Positions 1-11,112 of a stretch of 64,000 bases of DNA are shown in pieces. Within the stretch, counting starts at the first letter, position 1. Every line of letters starts with the position of its first letter. The stretch comes from Antechinus flavipes. Its lineage: Eukaryota. The notes under the pieces were generated by a model. The model did not search any database and was not told the origin of the DNA. It was given only the letters and a program-made list of their open reading frames with translations. A program made the position numbers and the translations under genes. The stretch spans positions 364,312,001-364,376,000 of the forward strand of contig NC_067401.1 in assembly GCF_016432865.1 (NCBI RefSeq), written 5' to 3'.

Positions 1-103
1 CCAGGGTCACACAGCCAGGAAGTTTTAAGTATCTGAGGTCAGCTCTGAACTCAGGTCCTGACTTCAGGGCTGGTGCTCTACCCACTGCACCACCTAGCTA
101 CCC
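1..103 (-). mobile_element. tRNA-derived CORE-family SINE (WSINE1-like), partial
   Basis: ccagggtcacacagc...gaactcagg...ccactgcaccacctagctaccc is the reverse complement of the SINE head with A/B boxes. Confidence 0.75.
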
Positions 104-559
104 CTCTCCTTGACTTTTTTTTTTTTGGTAGCTTTTAACTATTATTATTATTAACTGCCTATTTTCTCAAGAGCTCCTTTCTTCCTTAGAGTCTGTACCA
201 CCATTCTCTCAAGACAGTGTCTGGCACATAGTAGGGAGCTGTAATCCTTCCTGATTGCTTCTTTTAAGTTTCCTTTGCAGATTCATCATATTCCTTCCAT
301 CTCTTCCATCTATTTTGCACCCTTTCAGTTTCTTTCCGAGGTCAGCCCCTTTGTTCTTTTATTTTCTTTACACACATTGTCTTCCCAGATTCAGTTATCA
401 TTTTTAATGCATTTAGGTTCAAATCATTATTCTGTTATGTGACCTTTGGAAATTTCTTTCACCGTCTCCAAGTCTTAGTTCCTCATTTTAAAAATGAAGC
501 ATTTTGGACTAGGGGATTTTTAAAGTCTCTTCCAACTTTGAATCCTGAAATCTCCTATT

Positions 560-1630
560 ATTATTCTCTACAATCTCTCACTTGGTGATCCCATCCATTC
601 CAAAAGGTTCAATTATTATCTGTATTCAAATGACACTAAAGTTTATACACAAAACCTAATTTGTATATTTTCCTTCTCCAAGTCTTCATGTTCATGCCTA
701 ATGGACATCTCCAAATGGATGTCCAAAAAGCATTTCCAATTCAACACATTCAACAAAGAGCTCATCATCTCTGTCCTTAAACCTATTTTTTCCTGCTCCT
801 TTTTCCAATTTCTAGGCCACTTTCCTCTTGGGCATCTAGGTTTGAATCTCAGGGTTATCCTTGACTCTTCCCTCTCATTCAGTCCCTCCCTCCAGGTAGC
901 AGTTGACAAATCCAATGAATTCAACTACCACTTCATATCTGTTCCCTGTTCTCTAGTCACACAACCACCCTCATATTTTATTCCTCATGATTATTCTCTT
1001 CTAATAGACTCCTAATTGATTTCTCCACTTTCAGCTCTCTCCCTTCAAAAACCTTCAGTGACTAAGATATAAGTTTGAATTCCTCAGTCTAACATTTAAA
1101 GCCCTTCATAGTTTAGCCTCAGGCCTTCCTTCTCATTTTATTTCATGTTACTTCTCTTTATGGATTATACATTCCAGTTTAAATGATCTCTTAGCTACTC
1201 CCCAAACTTGACATTCTATTAGTCACCCCTGTGCATTATACAGGCTATACCCCCCATGCCTAGAATGTACTGCCTCGTCTCTACCTCTCAGAAGCCTTCT
1301 CTTTCTTTAAAAATCTATTGGGGTGAGACTTTCCCCATGATCCTTTTTAATCCAATTGTTATCACTGATTCCTACTCCCACCCCCAACTTAAAATGTCTC
1401 CTTTCTCAAATATTCCTTTAGGATTTTTTCTAGATCTCTCCTTTGCTTCTATTACTCCTTGTCTTTTGTGATACTTCTCTGAGTATAAGTTGGATTGCTG
1501 CTCTTGCTGTCCCTGCTCCTTCCAAACCCAGGAGAATTTAAACTTCCTTCAAGCAAGAAGTGTTTCTTTATATTTCCATCACCTAGCACAGTCCCTTATA
1601 GATAATATATGCTTTATAAAATTGCATTTT
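560..1630 (+). mobile_element. LINE-2 3' fragment
   Basis: Typical L2 text (ggacatctccaaatggatgtcc...tcaacac...; aaagcccttcatagtttagcc; agcacagtccctta...); recalled consensus. Confidence 0.7.
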
Positions 1631-2111
1631 AACCAAGATCACGCAGAATTAGCTAAATATTGTAAAGATAGGAGGTCAAAAAGATAAGAGATCAAAACAA
1701 CAACAACAACTCTAGACCAGTGAAATACAGTCAAGAAGATGGAATTCAGATATAGTGATAAGGGATTAAAGAAAAGGATTAAAAGTGGGAGTGAGGTTGG
1801 AGATCCCAGAGTTTAGGGACACAGATCTGAGACTCCAAAAAATTTATGGGTTAGAAAGAAAAGGCAGAGAGAATAATAGCAGTTGTGAACAAAGATATCC
1901 AAGTAAATCAATGAAAAGATAAAAAGTAAATTAAGGTAGGGAAGACAAGGTCAGGGACATATCTTAGATACTTGATGTCCAGACCTTTTTCTATACCATC
2001 ATCCCCTCTCCTCTGGGCAAAACAGTTCTCTCTAATTTTTTTTTGGGGGGGGTGGTAGGAGAAGAAAAGAAAAAAAGTCAGAAAGGGCTGTATGAGTTTA
2101 GCCTTAGTCAC

Positions 2112-2880
2112 AGAATATTAGAATCCCAGAATCTCAGCTTTGAAAGGGACTTCAGAAGCAATCAAGTCCAACCCCATAGATACCAGAACAGGAAATCCTC
2201 TCTGCAACATAACTTATAAGTGGCTTGTTAATCTCTGTTTGAAGGCTACCAGTAACAGAGAACTCACTACCTTCCAGCTCACGATTGACCCATTTTAGTT
2301 TCTGATAGCTGTAACTGTGACGAAGATTTCCCTTATCTTCTCTGTAGCATCTCTCTCTTGCTACCTGTTTAGCCTTTGGAGTCCAAGTAGAAAGTCTAAT
2401 CCTTTTATATGACAGGCCTTCAAACACACAAATCAATAACTACTATAATGCTGTTAAGTCTTCTCCAGGATAAACAATTTCAATTTTTTTAAACTGACAA
2501 TAATAACAGCTGACATTTGTATATCTCTTTAAAGTTTGCAAAACATTTGAGAGATAGTATCTCAGTCCTCCCAGAGAAAAATACCACCAGTATTAACATC
2601 TCACTTTACAGATGATGAAATTGAGGATTAAGTGACCCACCTATAGTCCCACAGTTAGTGATTATCAGAGGCTTTTAGAAACTGGATTTGATAATGGATC
2701 TTCCTGACCCTAAGCCCTTCACTCTCTCTCCAATGTCATTCAAATAGCATGATCTCTAGGTCCATTTTTGTTCTGGTTGCCCTTATCTGAACACATTCCA
2801 GCTTTCCAAAGTCCTTTGGTACTCCAAATTTAACAATTGTGTTAAATTTAACTCTGGATATGATCTGACCTGGTTAGTGG
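2112..2880 (-). mobile_element. L3/CR1 LINE 3' portion, interrupted by a MIR-type SINE (~2495-2725); resumes at ~7085-7210
   Basis: agaatattagaat tail, gaaagggacttcagaagcaatcaagtccaacccc, gaactcactaccttcc, gatatgatctgacc; after the arrays, attgagcttgccatccactaagaccccagatc continues the L3 consensus. Confidence 0.7.
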
Positions 2881-3542
2881 ACAGGATAAATGTTCTCTCT
2901 CTCAGCTTGGACACTAGACTTCTAATAGACCTGTTAGTGGACTGGGTTAACTGTTCTCTCTCTCATCTTGGACACTAGATTTCTCCTAATAGACCTGTTA
3001 GTGGACAGGGTAATTGTTCTCTCTCTCAGCTTGGACATTAGATCTCTCCTAAGAGACCTCTTACTGGACAGGGTAACTGTTCTCTCTCTCAGCTTGGACA
3101 CTAGACTTCTAATAGACTGTTAGTGGACAGGGTAACTGTTCTCTCTCTCATCTTGGACACTAAATCTCTCCTAATAGACCTTTTAGTGGACAGGGTAAAT
3201 GTTCTCTCTCTCAGCTTGGACACTAGACTTCTAATAGACCTTTTAGTGGACAGGGTAAATGTTCTCTCTCTCAGCTTGGACACTAGACTTCTAATAGACC
3301 TGTTAGTGGACTGGGTTAACTGTTCTCTCTCTCATCTTGGACACTAGATTTCTCCTAATAGACCTGATTAGTGGACAAGGTAACTTTTCTCTCTCAGCTT
3401 GGACACTAGATCTCTCCTAATAGATCTGATTAGTGGACAAGGTAACTGTTCTCTCTCTCAGCTTGGACACTAGATCTCTCCTAATAGACCTGTTACTGGA
3501 CAGGGTAAATGTTTTCTCTCTCAGCTTGGACACTAGACTTCT
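2866..3542. repeat. Minisatellite array 1, ~11 copies of a 56-64 bp unit
   Basis: Unit agacctgttagtggacagggtaactgttctctctctcagcttggacactagatctctcctaat with variants. Confidence 0.95.
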
Positions 3543-4868
3543 TTGTTTTTACATATATAATTTTTATTTTATAATAACTTTATATTGACAGAATCCATGC
3601 CAGGGTAATTTTTTTTTACAACATTATCCCTTGCACTCGCTTCTGTTCCGATTTTTCCTCTCCTCCCTCCACCCCCTCCCCTAGATGGCAAGCAGTCCTA
3701 TATATGTTAGATATGTTGCAGTATATCCTAGATACAATATATGTGTGCAGAACCGAACAGTTCTCTTGTTGCACAGGGAGAATTGGATTCAGAAGGTAAA
3801 AATAACCCGGGAAGAAAAACAAAAATGCAGATAGTTCACATTCATTTCCCAGTGTTCTTTGGGTGTAGCTGCTTCTGTCCATCATTTATCAATTGAAACT
3901 GAGTTAGGTCTCTTTGTCAAAGAAATCCACTTCCATAGAGGAACATAGGATAGTTTATCTCTCAGACTTGTGGAAGAGAAAGAAATTTGTGACCAAAGAT
4001 TAACTAGAGACCATCACTAATCACAAAATAGAAAATTTTGATTATATCAAATTAAAAAGCCTTTGTACAAACAAAACTAATGCAAACAAGATTAGAAGGG
4101 AAGCAACAAACTGGGAAAACATCTTCACAGTTAAAGGTTCTGATAAAGGCCTCATTTCCAAAATATATAGAGAACTGACTCAAATTTATAAGAAATCAAG
4201 CCATTCTCCAATTGATAAATGGTCAAAGGATATGAACAGACAATTTTCAGATGATGAAATTGAAACTATTACCACTCATATGAAAGAGTGTTCCAAATCA
4301 TTATTGATCAGAGAAATGCAAATTAAGACAACTCTGAGATACCACTACACACCTGTCAGATTGGCTAAGATGACAGGAAAAAATAATGATGAATGTTGGA
4401 GGGGATGCGGGAAAACTGGGACACTGATGCATTGTTGGTGGAGTTGTGAACGAATCCAACCATTCTGGAGAGCAATCTGGAATTATGCCCAAAAAGTTAT
4501 CAAACTGTGCATACCCTTTGATCCAGCAGTGTTTCTATTGGGCTTATACCCCAAAGAGATACTAAAGAAGGGAAAGGGACCTGTATGTGCCAAAATGTTT
4601 GTGGCAGCCCTATTTGTAGTGGCTAGAAACTGGAAAATGAATGGATGCCCATCAATTGGAGAATGGCTGGGTAAATTGTGGTATATGAATGTTATGGAAT
4701 ATTATTGTTCTGTAAGAAATGACCAGCAGGATGAATACAGAGAGGCTTGGAGAGACCTACATGAACTGATGCTAAGTGAAATGAGCAGAACTAGGAGATC
4801 ATTTTACACTTTGACAACGATATTGTATGAGGATGTATTCTGATGGAAGTGGATTTCTTTGACAAAGA
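3543..4868 (-). mobile_element. 5'-truncated, 5'-inverted (twin-primed) L1, copy 1: poly(A)+3'UTR on - (3543-3936), inverted ORF2 C-terminus on + (3937-4868)
   Basis: 14-bp TSD gacactagacttct (3529-3542, 4869-4882); ORF 4232-4843 is L1 ORF2 C-terminus ([16 protein letters not shown]); 29-nt duplication at the inversion point. Confidence 0.92.
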
Positions 4869-5370
4869 GACACTAGACTTCTAAGACCTGTTAGTGGACA
4901 AGGTAACTGTTCTCTCAGCTTGGACACTAGACTGCTAATAGACCTATTAGTGGACAGGGTAAATGTTCTCTCTCTCAGCTTGGACACTAGATCTCTCCTA
5001 ATAGACCCGTTACTGGACAGGGTAACTGTTCTCTCTCTCAGCTTGGACACTAGACTTCTAATAGACTGTTAGTGGACAGGGTAACTGTTCTCTCTCTCAT
5101 CTTGGACACTAAATCTCTCCTAATAGACCTTTTAGTGGACAGGGTAAATGTTCTCTCTCTCAGCTTGGACACTAGATCTCTCCTAATAGACCTGATTAGT
5201 GGACAAGGTAACTTTTCTCTCTCAGCTTGGACACTAGATCTCTCCTAATAGATCTGATTAGTGGACAAGGTAACTGTTCTCTCTCTCAGCTTGGACACTA
5301 GATCTCTCCTAATAGACCTGTTACTGGACAGGGTAAATGTTTTCTCTCTCAGCTTGGACACTAGACTTCT
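4869..5370. repeat. Minisatellite array 2, ~8 copies
   Basis: Same unit as array 1. Confidence 0.95.
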
Positions 5371-6707
5371 TTTTTTTTACATATATAATTTTTATTTTAT
5401 TTTATAATAACTTTATATTGACAGAATCCATGCCAGGGTAATTTTTTTTTACAACATTATCCCTTGCACTCGCTTCTGTTCCGATTTTTCCCCTCCCTCC
5501 CTCCACCCCCTCCCCTAGATGGCAAGCAGTCCTATATATGTTAGATATGTTGCAGTATATCCTAGATACAATATATGTGTGCAGAACCGAACAGTTCTCT
5601 TGTTGCACAGGGAGAATTGGATTCAGAAGGTAAAAATAATCCGGGAAGAAAAACAAAAATGCAGATAGTTCACATTCATTTCCCAGTGTTCTTTCTTTGG
5701 GTGTAGCTGCTTCTGTCCATCATTTATCAATTGAAACTGAGTTAGGTCTCTTTGTCAAAGAAATCCACTTCCATAGAGGAACATAGGATAGTTTATCCCT
5801 CAGACTTGTGAAGGAGAAAGAAATTTGTGACCAAAGATGAACTAGAGACCATCACTGATCACAAAATAGAAAATTTTGATTATATCAAATTAAAAAGCCT
5901 TTGTATAAACAAAACTAATGCAAACAAGATTAGAAGGGAAGCAACAAACTGGGAAAACATCTTCACAGTTAAAGGTTCTGATAAAGGCCTCATTTCCAAA
6001 ATATATAGAGAACTGACTCAAATTTATAAGAAATCAAGCCATTCTCCAATTGATAAATGGTCAAAGGATATGAACAGACAATTTTCAGATGATGAAATTG
6101 AAACTATTACCACTCATATGAAAGAGTGCTCCAAATCATTATTGATCAGAGAAATGCAAATTAAGACAACTCTGAGATACCACTACACACCTGTCAGATT
6201 GGCTAAGATGACAGGAAAAAATAATGATGAATGTTGGAGGGGATGCGGGAAAACTGGGACACTAATGCATTGTTGGTGGAGTTGTGAACGAATCCAACCA
6301 TTCTGGAGAGCAATCTGGAATTATGCCCCAAAAAGTTATCAAATTGTGCATACCCTTTGATCCAGCAGTGTTTCTATTGGGCTTATATCCCAAAGAAATA
6401 CTAAAGAAGGGAAAGGGACCTGTATGTGCCAAAATGTTTGTAGCAGCCCTGTTTGTAGTGGCTAGAAACTGGAAAATGAATGGATGCCCATCAATTGGAG
6501 AATGGCTGGGTAAATTGTGGTATATGAATGTTATGGAATATTATTGCTCTGTAAGGAATGACCAGCAGGATGAATACAGAGAGGACTGGCGAGACTTACA
6601 TGAACTGATGCTAAGTGAAATGAGCAGAACCAGGAGATCATTTTACACTTTGACAACGATATTGTATGAGGATGTATTCTGATGGAAGTGGATTTCTTTG
6701 ACAAAGA
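5371..6707 (-). mobile_element. Twin-primed L1, copy 2 (duplicate of copy 1; inversion junction 5774/5775; frameshift near 6349)
   Basis: Same TSD (5357-5370, 6708-6721) and identical junctions; ORFs 5827-6360 and 6284-6682. Confidence 0.92.
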
Positions 6708-7090
6708 GACACTAGACTTCTAAGACCTGTTAGTGGACAAGGTAACTGTTCTCTCAGCTTGGACACTAGACTTCTAATAGACCTATTAGTGGACAGGGTA
6801 AATGTTCTCTCTCTCAGCTTGGACACTAGATCTCTCCTAATAGACCCGTTACTGGACAGGGTAACTGTTCTCTGTCTCTTAGCTTGGACACTAGACTTCT
6901 AATAGACCTTTTAATGGACAAGGTAACTGTTCTCTCAGCTTGGACACTAGACTTCTAATAGACCTATTAGTGGACAGGGTAAATGTTCTCTCTCTCAGCT
7001 TGGACACTAGATCTCTCCTAATAGACCCGTTACTGGACAGGGTAACTGTTCTCTCTCTCTTAGCTTGGACACTAGACTTCTAATAGACCT
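6708..7090. repeat. Minisatellite array 3, ~6 copies
   Basis: Same unit. Confidence 0.95.
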
Positions 7091-8199
7091 ACAATGGCAT
7101 CCACTCCTTTGGCTGACATCTTACATTGCTTATTTATATTGAGCTTGCCATCCACTAAGACCCCAGATCATTCACATGAATGTTACTGTTGCCAACTACT
7201 CTGCATTCTGCCCAGTATCTTCCCTTCTCACTCTCCTCCAAAGAAACCCTAAACATTCTGATTCAAGGAACCAAGTGAGGGCTCTGTGTTGACTGTAGAG
7301 GATAAGCAGCAGCATCAGAAAATAGAGAACAGATGGAAAAGCTGAGGAAGAGGGCAAGAGCAAAACTGGAAAGCAGGCCTCAGTTCTGGAGCTTTTTCTC
7401 CTCTTAGCCACAAATAATTAATGTGCAAATTAAATCTTCTCTATGGGAATAAATCTGGAATCAGATTATCAAGGTAATCTCAAACCTATTAGGAGAGGAA
7501 GATCTAGATAGAGACTCAAAGGTTGGGGAATAGCCTCTCTTAATTTGAGCCTTGGGATAAGAGGCTTCCCTCTGAGGGAGGAGAAAAGGGGAACAAGGTA
7601 GTTTGGGAACTTGAGGTAGTAGGGCTAAGAACCGGAAATGAGCTGGGAAACCCCACTACAACCACCACCCCTTCGCAGGCAGTCACAGGGGATTGAAGGG
7701 GAGAAGAGGAAATGACAGATTGGGGGGGAGAAATACAACTGTGCCTCTTTCTGGGAGGAGCCCCAAGTGTCTCGGACAGGGGAGAAGTCAGCTAGGCAGC
7801 CAGGATGTCTCGGTCTGGTCCTGTATGATGGCTTTTCTGCTCCCTCTGACTTTGACCCCACTACGAGCCTGGATATAATGGGGACGGAGAGGTGGTGTGT
7901 GGGGAATTCACATTAGTCCCACCCGTCCGGGTCTCCAGTGCCATCCTAGTCCCTCTCTGCAGTGCCGTGTCCCCACAACAGAGCCCCTTGTTATCTTCCT
8001 GTGGGTCCCATTTACTGTTGAGAAGGGAAGGGTCCAGAATCCTGGATCCTCAGAGTAGCCTCTCATGGGCTTCAAAGGCCGACCCCACTGTCTCCATGGC
8101 TTCTCGATCCCACTGTTACAAGTCACACTTCTCCAAGCCACCGCAAGCCTAACTCTTCGGCCTTCCTTGGAGCCCCCCCAAGCCCTGGAGCCCTCCTGT

Positions 8200-9110
8200 G
8201 TCCCTTCTCCCCTTCCTGTCAGTGTCTTCTCTCCCCTCAGCAGCCTCCTTATGCCCTTGACATGCAGCCCAGAGGATGTGCCGGCACTCCCTCGGGGGAC
8301 CCTCGGCCTTTCCCCCCTCTCCAGAGGATCCAGAGCCCCTCCAGAACCTTAGCCCGGCCCAGTCCCGGGCCTGCCTCTCCCCTTCCCCTGAGCGGAGCCC
8401 TTACCCTCCTGGCCCGAGTGCTGCAGATGCTCCAGAAGGTCACACCCAAACACCCGCTCCTTGGATCCGCCTTTCTTCTTGCCCCTCTGCCGGGACTTCA
8501 TGGCCGGAGCTGAGGGGTCCCAGCCTCCCCTCCTGAGCCGCTCGCCTCACACCCGCCGCATGGGGCGCCCCTGTCCCCCGAGCCCGCTCCGGCAGTCCCC
8601 GGGCTTGGCCCAGGCAGGGGGGCTGGGCCCTGGGCTGAGCTCCTCGAGCTCCTCGGCCCCCGGCCTCACGGAAGTGGCTGTGGAGGAGGAAGCTGGCGGG
8701 GCCCTAGTGAGAAGTGTCGTCTCGTGGCCGGGCCTGGTGCTCACCCTGCTCGCCCCGCTCAGCCCCTGGGTGGCAGTGGGGGTGGGGAAGCAGGAAGCCG
8801 AGCAGCTCCCCAAACCCGCTTCCTGTTAGAGCATCACTTGCAACCACAGGGCCTGGGGTGGGGCAGCTGGGGGTAGGGGGTGGGGCAGGGACTGATGGAC
8901 ACACATCCTAAAATCATAGAATCAAAGCGGGCCGGATCCGGAGGGCATCCTCGGGATCACCAGGCCAACCCCATCGGTTTACGGCGGTGACCCGGGCTGA
9001 GCCTCGGCCTCCCGCTCGCTGGTGGGGGGGTGGGGGAGGAGGCTCTGGGGTACCCCTGACCGAGCGCTCTGAGGCGGGGAGAAGGCACTCAGGTTATCCC
9101 TGGAGGCCTC
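8200..9110 (-). promoter_or_regulatory. ARHGAP30 CpG-rich promoter/5'UTR with ETS (8818-8827) and RUNX (8842-8848) motifs
   Basis: High GC/CpG density around exon 1; GCTTCCTGTT and AACCACA motifs seen in sequence. Confidence 0.65.
8405..8501 (-). CDS. ARHGAP30: Rho GTPase-activating protein 30, first coding exon (remaining exons lie left of the window)
   Basis: Reverse strand reads MKSRQRGKKKGGSKERVFGCDLLEHLQHSGQE+G|GTAAGG (97 nt, phase 1). Matches the recalled human N-terminus MKSRQKGKKKGSAKERVFGCDL. Synteny downstream of NECTIN4. Not in the ORF track. Confidence 0.95.
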
Positions 9111-9348
9111 GGTGATACAGACCCCATGATGGGAGTCTCCAGACCCCGCTGCCTCAGCTCAGAAACTCCCAAGACCAGTCTTTGGTGCTCTCCTTTGAGA
9201 AAGGGGCAAGTTTTCTTTTCCTGAGATTGGGCCAGAGGCCTCAGAAGTGATGCTTCGAGACTGAAGGAAGGTCAGGGGGGCAGAGGTCAGCAGAGTCCCA
9301 ATACTTGAAGAGAACCGTAAAAAAGAGGCAGGCCCAGTTTGGGAGAGC

Positions 9349-9354
9349 TTTATT
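9349..9354 (-). terminator. Probable NECTIN4 polyadenylation signal (AATAAA on - strand), implying a ~1.55 kb 3'UTR
   Basis: TTTATT at 9349-9354 on +; U-rich sequence (ctttttacggttctcttc) lies downstream on the - strand. Confidence 0.65.
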
Positions 9355-10130
9355 TATGAAGGGGGTTGAGGGCTGGGAAGGACTGGACTGTAAACTATTT
9401 ACACTACTTCTACAGTACTATTCACACGACATTTACAGATCCGACCTATGTTCCGCCGGGTCACTCCCTCAAACTCCAGGCTGTCCAAGAGGGCCAGAAA
9501 ATGAGCAGGCGTCCGTGTCTGTTCACACACACGCCATCTCCCCGAGTCCCCTGAGGTAGCATGAGGAAACAACACAGGGATCTCTTCCTCCAGATAGCAT
9601 TTGGCACATTCCCCCAAACTAGGGTTTGTCCTGCTTAATCAGGACATCCATGACTGAGGACACTGAGTGAGTGTTAGGAGGGCTTGAGCTTTGGGGACCA
9701 CAACCACCTTCTAGCCCTAGCTGCCTCTGGGAACCCATCTGTCCCTGAGAGGTTCAGTGGCAGAGGAACCCAGGAAAAGAGGGCTGTTCCTGTCTGAAGC
9801 ACCCCATTTACCCAAATGGTGCCCCTCCTCCGGCCTCCCCTCGCTTTAAATTCCCTTGCCAGCAATGCAAATTACAACCCTGGACCCTGGATTCCGACGC
9901 TCCCCCAAGCTAGTACTTTGGTCATAGCTAGAGAAATAGAGGAAGATACAGAAAGGGCTGGGTGGAGCAGGGGGGAGAGATGGGACCAAACCTTATACAG
10001 TCATTAGTTTTTCTCAGAGAAATGCTTTTTGCTTAGGAAAAAGGATTTGCTGCAGCAATCCCTCAAATAGCAAGCTTCCCTAAAACATTTAACAAGGAAT
10101 TAAACTTACAAAAAGTCCTATTTACAAGCA

Positions 10131-10305
10131 AGGGAGGCAGTGTGGTACAGTGGGAAGAACTCCCGTCCAGGGTTCAAGGCTTATTGCTGCTGTTTACTGC
10201 CTCTGTAACTTTGGGTGGATCAGTTAAGTGTCCTGGTTTCGGTTTCTTTATCTGCGAAATGGGATGGGAAGGTGGAAGTCCCTCCTGGCTCTTAAATCTG
10301 TGATC
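10131..10305 (+). mobile_element. MIR-type SINE inside the inferred NECTIN4 3'UTR
   Basis: gcagtgtggtacagtgggaagaac...ctgtaactttgg...tttctttatctgcgaaatggg...ctcttaaatctgtgatcc. Confidence 0.65.
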
Positions 10306-10694
10306 CAACCTTTCAGAAATGTCATCCTGGCGCCAGCCTCGAGAGGGCGGACTCTACAAGCAGCACTGCCAGCCCCCAAGCCAAACACGGTGCCCCTTTC
10401 CACAGCCAGCCGAGGGGAGCCCCGCTCCCGCAGTCAGGAGGAGTCCAGCTCCCTTGATCAGACTGTCCCTGCATCCCCCAGCCTCTGTCCGGGACTGTCC
10501 CCTGGGAGGGGTCCACTTCCCCTGGAGCAGCCCCCCCACCTCTCCTGTTTCAATAATACTGCTCTAGGGTCTGAAGGTGTAGCCAGCGTACATCCGCAGG
10601 GATCCAGAGTGATGGGTCAAACTCGCTCACACACACTTACCTGTACACTGACACACTCACGCCATGCAGGCCGCAGGGTCCTGGTGCCCTCGGT

Positions 10695-10696
<2 letters not shown>

Positions 10697-10737
<41 letters not shown>
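10697..10737. repeat. (CA)n microsatellite in the NECTIN4 3'UTR
   Basis: About 20 CA units. Confidence 0.95.
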
Positions 10738-10739
<2 letters not shown>

Positions 10740-10887
10740 TGACTAGCACCCGGAGAGGCTCCTCTGGATAGAAGCTGGGGAAGGGCCTGGGAACAGGCCA
10801 GAAGTCAGCAAGGTCGCAGGTCTTTCTTTGGGGGCGCCGGGGGCAGAGTCTCCCAGCGAGGGTCCACAGGGTCCCTGGAGAGTTGGG

Positions 10888-11112
10888 TCAGACCAGGTGT
10901 CCCCGCCCGTTTATGTAGATGCCGTTGCCCGTGGGCTTGGCTCGAAGAGTCCCGTTCTCCTGCACAAAGTGGTTCATGGCTTGCTTGATTCCAGCATCTC
11001 GGTCTTCTTCCTCCTCTGTCCGTCCGGAGCCCGGCGACAGCAGCTCCGTCTGGGTCTCGATCTCCCTCACCGTGGTCAGAGTGGAGTAGCTTCGGCCCTC
11101 GGGCTCTTCGCT
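10888..11112 (-). CDS. NECTIN4: NECTIN4 exon 9 coding part
   Basis: caacag|AGCGAAG; [30 protein letters not shown]...[12 protein letters not shown]. Confidence 0.97.
   Translation of the reverse strand, partial: SEEPEGRSYSTLTTVREIETQTELLSPGSGRTEEEEDRDAGIKQAMNHFVQENGTLRAKPTGNGIYINGRGHLV

Noticed and set aside
4232-6682. 203/177/132-aa ORFs as host genes or an active L1
   Set aside because: Truncated L1 ORF2 C-terminus without promoter, ORF1, EN or RT core.
3101-6826. ORFs MSKLRERT... / MDRVTVLSL... from the arrays
   Set aside because: Translations of the tandem repeat; no splice or coding evidence.
2866-7090. Regular ~60-bp repeat arrays as a CRISPR array
   Set aside because: Head-to-tail tandem units with no unique spacers, no cas genes, mammalian intron context.
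10043-10061. Near-perfect 18-bp palindrome in the NECTIN4 3'UTR
   Set aside because: Too short for a pre-miRNA or other supportable RNA structure; expected by chance at this scale.
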